DNA of 64,000 nt from an uncultured Desulfospira sp. (GCA_963663165.1 OY760175.1:3072001-3136000), one strand, 5' to 3'. Numbered from the stretch's first letter, positions 9,675-20,267 are shown. The notes: generated from the sequence alone by a model not told the origin. A program made the numbers and translations.

Positions 9675-10135
9675 TGAATCCGGCGACAAAACGAATTCTG
9701 ATCATTTTCTCCGTGGCCCTGAATATCGGGTTTATCATTATGGCGGCTTACCACTCCTTTCAGGGCCCTGTTTCCAAACATGACCGGCGCTGGGAAGAAC
9801 TGATGGCCGTTGTCCGCAAACTGGAACTGCCCGAATCCAAACAAAGCCAGGCCAAAGCGGCCATGGCCCGGTTCAGGGATCAGTTAACCGGCATTAACCA
9901 ACAGATAGACCAGGCCCGCGAGGATGTGATGGTATTTTTAGCACAAGCCGGTCCCCTTGATAAAAGCCGGCTTCACCAACTGCTTGAGGTAACCAATGAT
10001 CTGTACTGGAAAAAGCAGATGATGTTTGAATCCCATGCCATTGAAATGGTCCAGGTCTTAGGGGACAGGGACGGCGCCCGTTTCTTCCGCAGCCTTGTGG
10101 AACTGAAAAAATCAAAGCACCACGGCCATGGATGA
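9674..10135 (+). CDS. Periplasmic heavy-metal sensor-like protein (CnrX/Spy-CpxP-like)
   Basis: N-terminal anchor with SVALNIGF, helical body, His-rich end; sits between anti-sigma and sigma genes. Confidence 0.75.
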   Translation: MNPATKRILIIFSVALNIGFIIMAAYHSFQGPVSKHDRRWEELMAVVRKLELPESKQSQAKAAMARFRDQLTGINQQIDQAREDVMVFLAQAGPLDKSRLHQLLEVTNDLYWKKQMMFESHAIEMVQVLGDRDGARFFRSLVELKKSKHHGHG

Positions 10136-11496
10136 TGTTTGGACCCGACCTTGCCCGTCTTGAAGACCCGGAACTGGCCTCCCTGGTGGCCAAAGGGAAT
10201 GAGAAGGCCTTTGCCGAAGTGGTGAGGCGCCACCAGGACGCCGTATACGGGTTTGCCTTCCGGATGCTCCACCAGGTCCAGGAGGCGGAAGACGCGGCCC
10301 TGGCCGGAAACTTTGATATCCGCACGGCATTGTCCAAGGTAAAACAGGCCGAAGCCGAAGCCCGCAAGGCAGGGGCAGACCTTTATCCCACCCTGGATTA
10401 CACAGGCGGGGCACAGTACAGCCGGCAGCAGACCAAAACCGATGCAGACGGCCGGTCCGACAAAGAGTCCAAAACCTTCAGTGCCGGGCTTTCAGCCAGC
10501 TACGAAGTGGACTTCTGGGGGCGGCTGAATGCGTTGCACCAATCCGAACTGACGGCCTACGAGGCCACCCGGGAAGACCTTGATTCGGCCGCCGTCACCG
10601 TGGCCGCCGATGTGGTGACCGCCTGGATCGACATCCTTTCGGTCCGGCAGCAGATCACCCTTCTGACCAAACAGATCGGGACCAACCAGCGGATGCTGGA
10701 CCTGCAGGAACTCCGGTTTGAAAACGGACAGACCGACGCCCTGGACGTCTCCCAGCAGCGCGAAGCCCTGGCCCAGGCCAAGGCCCTGCTGCCCCCCCTC
10801 CAACTGACCCTGGACCAGCAAATCAATGCCCTGGCCGTCCTTCTGGGCCGGGCCGGGAAAGGGGATATGAATATCCATCAAACGATTCTGCCGGATTTGA
10901 TCCCCTTGCCCGAAACCGGTCTGCCGGCCGATCTTCTGGCCTCCCGCCCCGATTTCAGGGCCGCAGGCTTAAGGCTCAAAGAGGCGGACTGACAGGTGTC
11001 TGCGGCCAGGGCCGACCGCCTGCCGTCTTTAACCTTATCTGCCGAGGCCTTATTATCCAGCGGTTCCCTGGACCTGCTTTTTTCCAACTGGGTCACTACT
11101 TTGGCTGCATCGGTTACAGGCCCTTTGTTTGATGCAGGGTCCAGGGCCGCCGAGGTGGACCGGGCCAGAGCCGCGGTCGACCAGCACCTTACCGCCTATG
11201 CAAAGACGGTGGCCGAGGCTGTCCGGGAAGTGGAGGACAGCCTGATCACGGAAAAGCGGCAGACCGAATACATCATTTTATTAAAGGAACAGCTTGAGGC
11301 CTCCCGGATGACGGTGAACGATGCCCATCTCCAGTATATGAACGGCCAGGACAACTACCTGGACTATCTGAGCGCCTGGACCAGCGTCCAGTCCCTGGAA
11401 CGGCAACTGGTGGACGAACAGGCCACCCTGATTAAAAACCGGGTGACCTTATACCGGACCCTCGGCGGAGACTGGACAAGGGAAATAATTAGATAG
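10132..11496 (+). pseudogene. In-frame fusion of an ECF sigma N-terminus to a truncated outer-membrane efflux factor (TolC/NodT), with TGA at 10990-10992
   Basis: The first ~55 aa are ECF region 2 (GNEKAFAEVVRRHQDAVYGFAFRML...EAEDA). OMF motifs follow (ALAGNFD, ASYEVDFWGR, LPADLLASRPD, LYRTLGGDW). ORF 10996-11496 is in the same frame. Confidence 0.85.
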
Positions 11497-11498
11497 AT

Positions 11499-11575
11499 AG
11501 GCTGAAGACTGAAGGTGAACAGGCGGACGGCGGAATAGAAACCCTTCAGCCTAACCCCCTTCAGCCTAACCACCT
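11499..11575. repeat. Inverted cluster of degenerate short repeats (GGCTGAA / TTCAGCC)
   Basis: aggctgaagactgaagg followed by two ccttcagcctaacc copies. Confidence 0.6.
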
Positions 11576-11614
11576 ATTGAAAACCCAAAGCTTCATACAA
11601 AACAGGAAACCATA

Positions 11615-12898
11615 ATGTCAGACCCCATACGCGAACTTACCTTTTTCGGCAAAACTGTGAGGGCCCTGATCCCGCTGCTGCTCATCCTGGGCGGCGGGGC
11701 AGCCTGGTCTTATTTTAAAGCCACCGCCCCGGTCATGAAAAAAGGAGCGCCCCAGCGCCAGGTCGTTACCGTGGAAACCCGGACGGCTCAGACGGGGACC
11801 CCCCGGATTCTTATCCATGCCATGGGCACGGTCACCCCGGCAAAAGAGGTGACCCTCAAGGCCCAGGCGTCCGGGACCGTGCAGTCGGTCAATGACCGGT
11901 TTGTGCCCGGCAGCCTGGTGGCCAAAGGTGAAGAACTGCTCCATCTTGACCCGGCCGATTACCAGGTCTCGGTCAAAAAAGCCCAAAGCGCCCTGGAAAA
12001 TGCCAAAGCGGCCCTGGCCATTGAACAGGGGAACCAGAATATTGCCAGGGAAGAATTGCGGGTATTGTCTGAAATGACCGCCCGCAAGGTCGCAAAGACC
12101 GATCTGGTGTTAAGGAAACCCCAGCTGGCCCAGGCCCAGGCCGATGTCACCAGTGCCGAAGCCGACTTGACCCAGGCCACGCTGGACTTAAGCCGGACAA
12201 AAATCAATGCCCCGTTCAACGCCATTATTCTGGACCGGTCCGTTAATGTGGGGACCTATGTGGGCTCCCAGGAAGACCTGGTGACCCTGGCCGGCACTGA
12301 TGAGTTCTGGATTGAAGCGGTGGTTCCCTTAGATGAAATGGCCTATATCGATCTTTCCTATCCAGGGGGATGCCCGGTCACGATCCAGTCCCAGGCCGGG
12401 ACGGGAGTCTGGGAAGGGCGCGTTGTGCAGGCCACGGGCCGGCTCAGCGATGCCAGCCGAATGGCCAACGTCATTGTGGCCGTGGCCAATCCCCTGGGCA
12501 CCCCGGATCACCCTTGCGCCCACCCGCTGATGATCGATGATTATATAAACGTAGAAATTACCGGGCAGGCCCTTAAAAATGTGGTGGAACTGCCAAGATC
12601 CGCCCTCAAGGACAACGATACCGTCTGGATTATCCGGAACAACACCCTGGATATCCGCAAGGTCACCCTGGCATGGAAAGGGACGGAAACTGTCTACATT
12701 GAAACCGGCGTGGCCAAGGGCGAAGAAGTGGTCGTTTCCAGCCTGGACACCCCGGTCCAGGGAATGAGTTTAAAAACCCTGGACAGCCTGGAACAACAAT
12801 TAAACGTCTCTGAGAAAAAAGAGGCTTCTGACAACGGCCATACCGGAAACCAGGCCGACCGGGTTGTTACCCCGGAATCTGCCCCCAACAAAGGATGA
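11615..12898 (+). CDS. RND efflux periplasmic adaptor (membrane fusion protein)
   Basis: N-terminal TM, GTVTPA, LSRTKINAPF, LPRSAL, GEEVVVS. Confidence 0.93.
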   Translation: MSDPIRELTFFGKTVRALIPLLLILGGGAAWSYFKATAPVMKKGAPQRQVVTVETRTAQTGTPRILIHAMGTVTPAKEVTLKAQASGTVQSVNDRFVPGSLVAKGEELLHLDPADYQVSVKKAQSALENAKAALAIEQGNQNIAREELRVLSEMTARKVAKTDLVLRKPQLAQAQADVTSAEADLTQATLDLSRTKINAPFNAIILDRSVNVGTYVGSQEDLVTLAGTDEFWIEAVVPLDEMAYIDLSYPGGCPVTIQSQAGTGVWEGRVVQATGRLSDASRMANVIVAVANPLGTPDHPCAHPLMIDDYINVEITGQALKNVVELPRSALKDNDTVWIIRNNTLDIRKVTLAWKGTETVYIETGVAKGEEVVVSSLDTPVQGMSLKTLDSLEQQLNVSEKKEASDNGHTGNQADRVVTPESAPNKG

Positions 12899-12965
12899 AA
12901 GCCATTGGCCATTAGCCGTAAGCTATTGGCTTTTGCCCCGCTAACCGCTAATGGCTGACAGCTAA
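12899..12965. repeat. Inverted cluster of TTAGCnn-type heptamers
   Basis: attagccgtaagctattggc ... gctaaccgctaatggctgacagctaa. Confidence 0.65.
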
Positions 12966-12982
12966 AAAAAAAGAGACCCGTC

Positions 12983-15900
12983 ATGATCGAACAAAATACA
13001 AACTCCCGGGGGCCCTTGGCCTGGATGGCCGGCAACTCGGTTATTGCCAACCTGCTCATGTTCGTCTTTCTTATCGGCGGACTGATGATGCTGTTCAACC
13101 TTAAGCAGGAAGTATTCCCGGATTTTACCGAAGACACGGTCACCATTTCCGTTGCCTATCCCGGGGCCAGCCCCGAAGAGGTGGAAAACGGCATCATCCT
13201 GGCGGTTGAAGAGGCCCTTGAAGATATTGAGGGCATTGACGAGATCACCTCCTCGGCCACCGAAGGCTCGGCCTCCGTTACCGTGGACCTTACGGAAGGC
13301 TCGGATGTGGTCAAAATCTGGCAGGAAATTAAAAGCGAAATTGACAATATCTCCACCTTCCCGGACGAGGCCGAAGACCCCTCTGTCGCCATCTCCAGCC
13401 ACAAACGCGGGGTGCTGACCACGGCCCTTTACGGCGATGTGGACGAACTGGTCCTGCGGTCGGCTGCCGACGCCATCCGGGACAGGCTGCTGGCAGATCC
13501 CACCATTACCCAGGTGGAGCTGACCGGGGTCAAGGATTACGAGGTCCGGGTGGAAATCCCCCAGGCCGCCCTGCGCCGGTACGGCATTACCCTTGGGGAT
13601 GCTGCCGATGCCATTGCACAGGCCTCGGTGGAGCTGGGGGGCGGCAGCCTGAAAACCGAAAACGGGGATGTCCTGGTCCGGGTCAAGGACCGCCGGGAAT
13701 ATGCAGACCAGTATGCCAAGGTCCCGCTGTTAACCCTGGCGGACGGTTCCCGGATTCTGCTCGGCGATGTGGCAACGGTCAAAGAAACCTCTGAAGACAC
13801 CAACACCTGGGCAAAGTTCAACGGCAAGCCGTCAGTGATGATCGAAACCTACCGGGTCGGGGACCAGACCCCCACCCAAGTGGCCCAGGCGGGCGAGGCC
13901 GTCATTGCCGAACTCAACGAAACCCTGCCCGAAGGGTTACATTTGACCACCTTGCGGGACAACTCTGAAAACTTTGTCCAGCGGGCCGAGCTGTTGAGCC
14001 GGAACGCCCTTCAGGGACTGGCCCTGGTCTTTATTTTTCTGGCCCTGTTCCTGGAGACCCGGCTGGCGTTCTGGGTGAGCCTGGGCATCCCCATTTCATT
14101 TTTAGGTTCTTTTCTCTTTCTTTCAGCCGCCAATTTTTCCATTAACATGATTTCCATGTTCGCCTTTATCGTGACCCTGGGGATTGTGGTGGATGATGCC
14201 GTGGTAGTGGGGGAAAATATTTACCACTGGCGTTCCCAGGGGCTGCCCCCTTTAAAGGCGGCCGTGGCCGGGGTCAGGGAAGTGGCCCTGCCCGTGGTGT
14301 TCAGTGTGCTGACCAACCTGGTTTCTTTCATGCCCCTGTACTTTGTCCCGGGGATCATGGGAAAAATTTTCGGGGTCATCCCGTTGGTTGTGGCAGCGGT
14401 ATTCGGGGTCTCCCTGATCGAGAGTCTGTTTATCCTGCCGGCCCATTTAGGGCACCGGACCAGGGCCCAGGCCATATGGCCCTTAAACCATCTGGAGCGG
14501 CTTCAGGAACGGTTCAGCCGGAGGTTTGAGTCCTTTGTTCGCAACCAGTTCGGCGCTTTTCTCAAGTTCGCCATCAGCTGGCGGTACGCCGTGATCGGTT
14601 TTGGCATAGCCCTGATGGTGGCCCTGACCGGGTATGTGTCTTCCGGGCGCATGGGCCTTGAGATGTTTCCCAAAAGTGAGTCAGACTACGCTTACTGCGA
14701 GGCCACCCTGCCCTATGGATCGCCCAAATCAAAACTGTCGGCCGTGGAAGACCGTCTGGTCCGGTCTGCCAAGACCGTGATGGACGAAAACGGCGGCCCG
14801 GATCTGGCCCTGGGCATTTTGAGCAATGTGTCGGACAACGTGATCAAAGCCAGAATATACCTGGTATCCGAGGATGTCCGCCCTTTGTCAACCTCCCGGG
14901 TGACCGATCTGTGGCGGGAAGCCACCGGCACCCTGACCGGTCTGGAATCCATCCGGTTTGAATCCAATATGGGCGGACCCGGCTCAGGCAAGAACCTGAC
15001 GGTGCGGCTTTCCCACACCAGCACCCAGACCCTTGAAAAGGCGGGGGAGGACATGGCAGCCGCCCTGTCCAACTATACCATTGTCCATGATGTGGACGAC
15101 GGCGCGGAACAGGGCAAGCGCCAGTTCGATATTCAACTGCTCCCCTTAGGTGAACGCATGGGGCTGACCTCTGAAGCGGTGGCCCGGCAGGTCAGATATG
15201 CCTTCCAGGGCAGCGAAGCCTTAAAACAACAGCGGGGCCGAAATGAGGTAACGGTCCGGGTCAGCCTGCCCGAAAGTGAACGAATCACTGAATCGACGCT
15301 GGAAAACCTGGTCCTCCAGTCAGACACCGGCGAGGTTTATCTGCGGGATGCCGTAAAGATGACCCCGGGAAGGGCCTATACCAAAATTGAGCGGATCAAC
15401 GGCAAACGGAACATTGAGGTCACGGCAAACGTTAATCCCCCGGCCCAGGCGGAAAACATTCTCAAAGAAGTAAAAAACAAGATCCTTCCCCAGCTTCAGG
15501 AAAAATATCCCGGGCTGACCATGAGTCTTGGCGGACACCAGGAAGAGATGAGAAAAAGCTTAACTTCCCTGCTCACCGGTTCCCTGCTGGCGTTGTTCGG
15601 CATCTATGCCCTGCTGACCATCCCGTTTAAGAGCTATGCCCAGCCGCTGATCATCATGGTCAGCATCCCCTTTGGCGTTATCGGGGCCATTATCGGCCAT
15701 GTCATTATGGGATATTCCTTGTCCATCAACTCCCTTTTCGGCGTTGTGGCCCTGTCCGGGGTGGTGGTCAACGACTCCCTGGTTCTCATTGATTTTGCCA
15801 ACCGGAGGGTCCGGAACGGGGCATCCCCCTTAGAGGCCATTTATTCCGCCGGTATCCAGCGGTTCAGGCCCATCCTGCTGACCACGGTCACCACCTTTGG

Positions 15901-16120
15901 CGGACTGATGCCCATGATCACCGAGACCTCCCGCCAGGCCCGGATGATGATCCCCATGGCCATCTCCTTAGGGTTCGGGGTTCTGTTTTCCACGGCCATT
16001 ATCCTGGTCATGGTCCCGGCCCTGTACATGGTGCTGGATGATGTTACCCGCCTCATGTACAAGCCGGCTGCCCCAAAGCCAGGGACACTTCCTGAGGCCC
16101 GGGGAGTTTCAGGGGGATAG
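12983..16120 (+). CDS. RND efflux permease (AcrB/AcrD/AcrF superfamily)
   Basis: 1045 aa; [43 protein letters not shown]. Confidence 0.96.
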   Translation: MIEQNTNSRGPLAWMAGNSVIANLLMFVFLIGGLMMLFNLKQEVFPDFTEDTVTISVAYPGASPEEVENGIILAVEEALEDIEGIDEITSSATEGSASVTVDLTEGSDVVKIWQEIKSEIDNISTFPDEAEDPSVAISSHKRGVLTTALYGDVDELVLRSAADAIRDRLLADPTITQVELTGVKDYEVRVEIPQAALRRYGITLGDAADAIAQASVELGGGSLKTENGDVLVRVKDRREYADQYAKVPLLTLADGSRILLGDVATVKETSEDTNTWAKFNGKPSVMIETYRVGDQTPTQVAQAGEAVIAELNETLPEGLHLTTLRDNSENFVQRAELLSRNALQGLALVFIFLALFLETRLAFWVSLGIPISFLGSFLFLSAANFSINMISMFAFIVTLGIVVDDAVVVGENIYHWRSQGLPPLKAAVAGVREVALPVVFSVLTNLVSFMPLYFVPGIMGKIFGVIPLVVAAVFGVSLIESLFILPAHLGHRTRAQAIWPLNHLERLQERFSRRFESFVRNQFGAFLKFAISWRYAVIGFGIALMVALTGYVSSGRMGLEMFPKSESDYAYCEATLPYGSPKSKLSAVEDRLVRSAKTVMDENGGPDLALGILSNVSDNVIKARIYLVSEDVRPLSTSRVTDLWREATGTLTGLESIRFESNMGGPGSGKNLTVRLSHTSTQTLEKAGEDMAAALSNYTIVHDVDDGAEQGKRQFDIQLLPLGERMGLTSEAVARQVRYAFQGSEALKQQRGRNEVTVRVSLPESERITESTLENLVLQSDTGEVYLRDAVKMTPGRAYTKIERINGKRNIEVTANVNPPAQAENILKEVKNKILPQLQEKYPGLTMSLGGHQEEMRKSLTSLLTGSLLALFGIYALLTIPFKSYAQPLIIMVSIPFGVIGAIIGHVIMGYSLSINSLFGVVALSGVVVNDSLVLIDFANRRVRNGASPLEAIYSAGIQRFRPILLTTVTTFGGLMPMITETSRQARMMIPMAISLGFGVLFSTAIILVMVPALYMVLDDVTRLMYKPAAPKPGTLPEARGVSGG

Positions 16121-16183
16121 AAAGGCACCTATCACCTGGATATTTCATGACTTTCTCAGGAATTTTACAACATATATATGGTA

Positions 16184-16432
16184 TTATAAAAGGCCTTTGA
16201 GCACAGGGTCATTGCCTGGCAGGATCGTACAGGACTGCGTTTCCGGGTCGAAAACAATGACCGCTTTTCCGGATTTGAGCTGTGCCAAGACCTGGGCCAT
16301 CTTTGTCTCCAGAGGAATTTCGATTTCCCCGTAATCGGTCCCGTCCCGGGTGACAAATTCTTCAACCACCCCGTTCAGGGCCTGCCGGCTCAACTGGTCA
16401 TGGGGAATGATGACGGCCTGCGGTTTTTCCAT
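16184..16432 (-). CDS. yheU: YheU (UPF0270) family protein
   Basis: IIPHDQLS...EEFVTRDGTDYGE...GKAVIVFD. Confidence 0.88.
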   Translation of the reverse strand: MEKPQAVIIPHDQLSRQALNGVVEEFVTRDGTDYGEIEIPLETKMAQVLAQLKSGKAVIVFDPETQSCTILPGNDPVLKGLL

Positions 16433-16435
16433 TTT

Positions 16436-17734
16436 TTATTCATCCCATTCGTAAATATTTTTCATTCTGACCCTGGCCCCCATCATTTCAAAGACCCGGA
16501 ACAGGCCGTACCGGGTCCGGTCCAGAAAGACAAAATCAGGGTTCATTTTCAGGTGGCTTTTATGCTTGAGCATCTGATTGGCGATGACCTTTCCCTGGGC
16601 CATGAAATTTTTGTTTTCATTAAAATCAAACCGGTCGGGCCGGAAAGCCTGGCCAAGCCACTGGCCGAATCCAAAGGCGGTTTTAAAAAGGTCGTCCCGG
16701 GTGTGGCCGTCAAGGCCGGACCGGATAAAATCAAGTTTTTCCACCAGGCAAAAGTACTGGTCCCTGTCCCCCCGGATGATGGTCCCCACAAGCTGTTGGT
16801 AAATCTTGACGAACCCGGGTTCAAACCGTTTCACACATCCAAAATCCACCAGCCCCACCCTAAGGTCCTTGCCGATGATAAAGTTCCCCGGGTGGGGATC
16901 CGCATGGATGCAGTGAAGTTCATAAAATCCTTTAAGGAAAATATCATTTATGGTCTGGGCCACCTGGTCCCGGCTTTCCCGGTCTGGATTGGTTTTCATC
17001 CACTGGTTCAACGGAATGCCTTCCAGGAAGGCGGCACTTAAAATATCCTGGGAGCTTAAGTCGTTGCTGGGGCTGGGCACGGCCACCCGGTCCATCTTCA
17101 GATGCCGGGCAAAAAAAGACATGGATTGGGCTTCCCTTATGTAATCGATTTCTTCCAACAGTTTTTGTTCGATTTCTACCAGGGCCGGGGAAATGAGGTC
17201 CTGGTCCGGATAAAATTTTACCAGGCTTTTAACCATGTCCAGATCACTTTTGATGGTGGCCTGGATACCGGGGTATTTGACCTTGACGGCCAGCAGCTCT
17301 CCTTTGGGGCTTACGGCCCGGTGAACCTGGCCCAGGCTTGCCGCGGCAAAGGCGGTGAGGTCAAAGGATGCAAAGGCTTCTTCCGGCAGCACCCCAAGTC
17401 CGTTTTCAACCGCCTTCCGGACCAGGGCCCGGTTTAAGGGCGGCACCTGGTTGTAGGATTTTTCAAGCTCTTTTCTTAAACTGTCCGGGAACAGGTCCAG
17501 TTCCATACTCAGCATCTGGGCAATTTTCAAGGCCGTTCCCTTCAGCAGGGTCAGCCCCTGGAATAAAACCCGGGCACTGTTTTCGTCCAGATTCTTTCTG
17601 GCTTTGGTTCGTTCCTGCCCGGATAAAAAGGGCTTTTTTACAAGATATTTAACCGTCTCTTTCCCCATGCGGACGGCTGTCCTGCCGCCGGTTACGCCCC
17701 GCTGCCATTTGGTCTTAGGCATCTGCGCATCCAT
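16436..17734 (-). CDS. ABC1/AarF/UbiB family atypical kinase
   Basis: LKGTALKIAQMLS, AAASLGQVHRA, AVKVKYPG, HADPHPGNF, DFGC. Confidence 0.93.
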   Translation of the reverse strand: MDAQMPKTKWQRGVTGGRTAVRMGKETVKYLVKKPFLSGQERTKARKNLDENSARVLFQGLTLLKGTALKIAQMLSMELDLFPDSLRKELEKSYNQVPPLNRALVRKAVENGLGVLPEEAFASFDLTAFAAASLGQVHRAVSPKGELLAVKVKYPGIQATIKSDLDMVKSLVKFYPDQDLISPALVEIEQKLLEEIDYIREAQSMSFFARHLKMDRVAVPSPSNDLSSQDILSAAFLEGIPLNQWMKTNPDRESRDQVAQTINDIFLKGFYELHCIHADPHPGNFIIGKDLRVGLVDFGCVKRFEPGFVKIYQQLVGTIIRGDRDQYFCLVEKLDFIRSGLDGHTRDDLFKTAFGFGQWLGQAFRPDRFDFNENKNFMAQGKVIANQMLKHKSHLKMNPDFVFLDRTRYGLFRVFEMMGARVRMKNIYEWDE

Positions 17735-17764
17735 CTTTGCTCCTCCCCAATTTTCCAGGCCAGG

Positions 17765-18505
17765 CTATTGTTCTTCCATGCGGGCCATAAACTCGCGTTT
17801 GATCTTTTTTAAACCCCTGGTTTTTGTTGTAAAAAAATCAAGCCGGCTTAGGATGTGGTTCTTAAACAAAAAGGAGGCGATATCAAAGACCCGGTTTGCG
17901 ATTCCCGCCCGGATAGCCGCACCGGCAAGGCCAATGCTCTTGTCCATGAGAACCGTGGTGTTGGAAAATCCTTCTGAATCATCTTTGAGCCAGTAACAGA
18001 CCATGCCGATAAAAAAATCCCAGAAAAAGAAGTAAATCATATCCTGGAAGATCTGCTCGGGGATTTCCTCCACTTCAATGGCGGCCTTGAAGATGTCATC
18101 CAGGATTTCAAAAAACTGTTCCTGCACCGGTCTGAAATGTTTAAAATTGGGCGTTAACGGGAAAAAAATGGACTTAAAGCTTTCCTGGATAAATTCCCGG
18201 TCCGGCAAGAACAGGGACAGCATGGTTTCAAAAAAGGCCTGGATCTGCTCTTCAAAGGTGAATTCATTAAACCCATTGATTTTTTTTAATTCCGAAACCC
18301 CGTTTTGAAAGCACCCTTCATAATAAGCAAACAAGATGTTTCGTTTGGCCGGGAAATAATTATAAATGGTGGCGTCCCCCATGCCGGCCCTTTTGGCGAT
18401 TTCCCGCATGGTCGCCGCCTTGTATCCCTTTTCTATGATCACGTCCACAGCCGCCCGGATGGCCTGTTCCCGGTTCTCCTGTTTCTTCTGGCTGGATATT
18501 TTCAT
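17765..18505 (-). CDS. TetR family transcriptional regulator
   Basis: GYKAATMREIAKRAGMGDATIYNYF helix-turn-helix. Confidence 0.93.
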   Translation of the reverse strand: MKISSQKKQENREQAIRAAVDVIIEKGYKAATMREIAKRAGMGDATIYNYFPAKRNILFAYYEGCFQNGVSELKKINGFNEFTFEEQIQAFFETMLSLFLPDREFIQESFKSIFFPLTPNFKHFRPVQEQFFEILDDIFKAAIEVEEIPEQIFQDMIYFFFWDFFIGMVCYWLKDDSEGFSNTTVLMDKSIGLAGAAIRAGIANRVFDIASFLFKNHILSRLDFFTTKTRGLKKIKREFMARMEEQ

Positions 18506-18740
18506 TGTCCCCCCCTCTTTTTAAAGATTCACTACATATAAAATGAAACTTTTTATTATTTTAATATATAGTATTTTTTTATTAATGCAATGATTTTTTG
18601 CCAGACTGATGTTTCTTCCGAATGGGTTTTAATGTAAAAAAAGGAAACCGGAGGAAGAGAGACGGGAGACCGAAACCGTCAAGTTCCCTGGTTTGAGCGG
18701 TAGGGTTGGAGCGATAGATGTCGGATGCCGGGTTCCCTTG

Positions 18741-18819
18741 GAAATTCCGGGGACCGAAATTCCGCGGGAAATTCCGGGGACACGTAAAATTCCGGGGACA
18801 CGAAAATTCCGGGGACACG
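18741..18819. repeat. Five tandem copies (three complete) of AAATTCCGGGGACACG
   Basis: Read directly. The reverse complement resembles TGTCCCTGGAATT at 57386, 57403 and 59796. Confidence 0.9.
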
Positions 18820-18887
18820 AAACAAAAATATTGCTAAGTTGAGTTTAATATAATTGAATTCCAGACTATCATATTACAGGTGGTGGT

Positions 18888-18915
18888 TTAGGGGCAATTC
18901 ATGAACTGCCCCTAC
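18888..18915 (-). repeat. GTAG-type REP palindrome
   Basis: Minus strand GTAGGGGCAGTTCATGAATTGCCCCTAA. Confidence 0.8.
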
Positions 18916-18977
18916 GAGCGCCCCGACAACGCCGAACTATTTCATCAATTGGGGTCTTGCAGCTTCCGGTCTCCCGC

Positions 18978-19208
18978 CTACCCTTCAGCCGTTTCGATTT
19001 CTTCCGGGATCTGCACCCCGTATTCCTTGAAAAAGATCTTATGGGTGACCAGTTCCATCCGGTGGATGTCGGCCTTGACGATCTTTTGGTCGCCGAAAAT
19101 ATTCTGGAGCCGGAATCCACCGTCATCCAGGGGCTCCAGGATATCGACAAACTCCAGCAACAGCTCTTCTTTGCCGTCGATGAGCATATACGCATTGGCT
19201 TCACACAT
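18978..19208 (-). CDS. cooT: CooT family nickel-binding protein
   Basis: MCEANAY...EELLLEFVD...LQNIFGDQK...LVTHKI, with the conserved Cys2 and late His. Confidence 0.88.
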   Translation of the reverse strand: MCEANAYMLIDGKEELLLEFVDILEPLDDGGFRLQNIFGDQKIVKADIHRMELVTHKIFFKEYGVQIPEEIETAEG

Positions 19209-19626
19209 ATTGCAATACCTCCTTTAATTTTTCGTCTGCAATAAACATGGCGATATGGGGCAGGGGCTGATCTTCAAAATCAATGAGATGAATGTTTTCC
19301 TGATGAAGGGGCAGCAGGATTTTCACCCCGGGGCTGTCCATTACCGCCGTGGCCATTATAGGGGTAACCTCTCCTAAAATGGCGTTGGGCCAGGTAATGG
19401 AAACCGGCCCGATAATGATATCTGCCCTGGCCACGGCCATCACCAGGGCATTTTCCCCGGAAACGCCTTTCTGTGCCCCGGCCTTGAGCATGGCCGCCGT
19501 GGCAATGGCGTTGGTTCCCACCGCCATCAGGTCAAACCGGTCTTTATGGGCTTGCCGGATATACCGGATCAAGGTGGCGCCGATGCCGCCGCCATGCCCG
19601 TCAATAATGCATATATTTTTTTTCAT
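19201..19626 (-). CDS. DUF3842 family protein
   Basis: ICIIDGHGGGIG, AVGTNAIATAAMLKAGA, GENA, GEVTP. Confidence 0.88.
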   Translation of the reverse strand: MKKNICIIDGHGGGIGATLIRYIRQAHKDRFDLMAVGTNAIATAAMLKAGAQKGVSGENALVMAVARADIIIGPVSITWPNAILGEVTPIMATAVMDSPGVKILLPLHQENIHLIDFEDQPLPHIAMFIADEKLKEVLQYV

Positions 19627-19677
19627 GTGTGTCAGGCCCAGTTCATTTTTCCCTTAGCGGCTTCCCCTGCTTTGGTG

Positions 19678-20265
19678 TTATTTTTTCTTAGAGATGGATT
19701 TGACGCAGTCCAGGCCGCTCGCCTGGACAGTTGGTTCGGGAAGGTGCCGGACAGGCTCTCTGACACGGTTTCCTTCCGGGGGCGCCTGATTTAAGCGCAG
19801 CCGCCAGATTTCCCTGTGAATCTGCCAGACAGCTCTGGTCACAGCCTTCTGAACCAGATTCGACAACCCATACCCCTGGATAATGTGCGGGTCAATCCAA
19901 ATATAAACGAAACGGGGCGGCACATCCTGGGCCATTCCGGCCACGGCCATTCCCATGGTTAACCGGTGGATAACCGGAAATTCATTGGCCATCCACCAGG
20001 CGTTCTGCTCAAAGGTGGCCTGGTCCCAGACATGAAGGGTCCCGGGCATTCCACAGAGGTCAAAAGCGCCGGTGACCACGCAAAGGTCTGATCCCAGAAT
20101 AAAGTCCTGGGCATACCGGGGATCGTTTCCGAGCCAGGCAAAATCCACATCTTCACCGGAAACAGTTTCAGCCATTTTTTCAAGGATAACGCATCCGGCC
20201 CCCAGGTCTCCCTTGAGGACATCCCCGACACCCATGATTATGATTTTTTTATCTTTTGTATCCAT
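19678..20265 (-). CDS. Divergent hydrogenase maturation protease-fold protein (HybD/HyaD-like)
   Basis: IIIMGVGDVLKGDLGAG, PGTL, IDP...GLS...AVTRAV follow the HybD pattern; two acidic metal ligands appear substituted. Confidence 0.75.
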   Translation of the reverse strand: MDTKDKKIIIMGVGDVLKGDLGAGCVILEKMAETVSGEDVDFAWLGNDPRYAQDFILGSDLCVVTGAFDLCGMPGTLHVWDQATFEQNAWWMANEFPVIHRLTMGMAVAGMAQDVPPRFVYIWIDPHIIQGYGLSNLVQKAVTRAVWQIHREIWRLRLNQAPPEGNRVREPVRHLPEPTVQASGLDCVKSISKKK

Positions 20266-20267
20266 TT

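Noticed and set aside
9513..10992. Selenocysteine or UGA=Trp genetic code explaining the in-frame TGAs
   Set aside because: The positions are not Cys-like catalytic sites and no SECIS-like hairpin was evident. Many intact genes here (aroF, trxB, hydA) end in TGA with ATGA coupling.
18523..18552. TetR operator AAAGATTCA-12 nt-TGAAACTTT
   Set aside because: A single imperfect palindrome in very AT-rich DNA could arise by chance.
18741..18819. Possible CRISPR array
   Set aside because: Repeats are 16-17 bp and abut with 0-3 nt between them, with no unique spacers and no cas genes. The same applies to 59962-60029.
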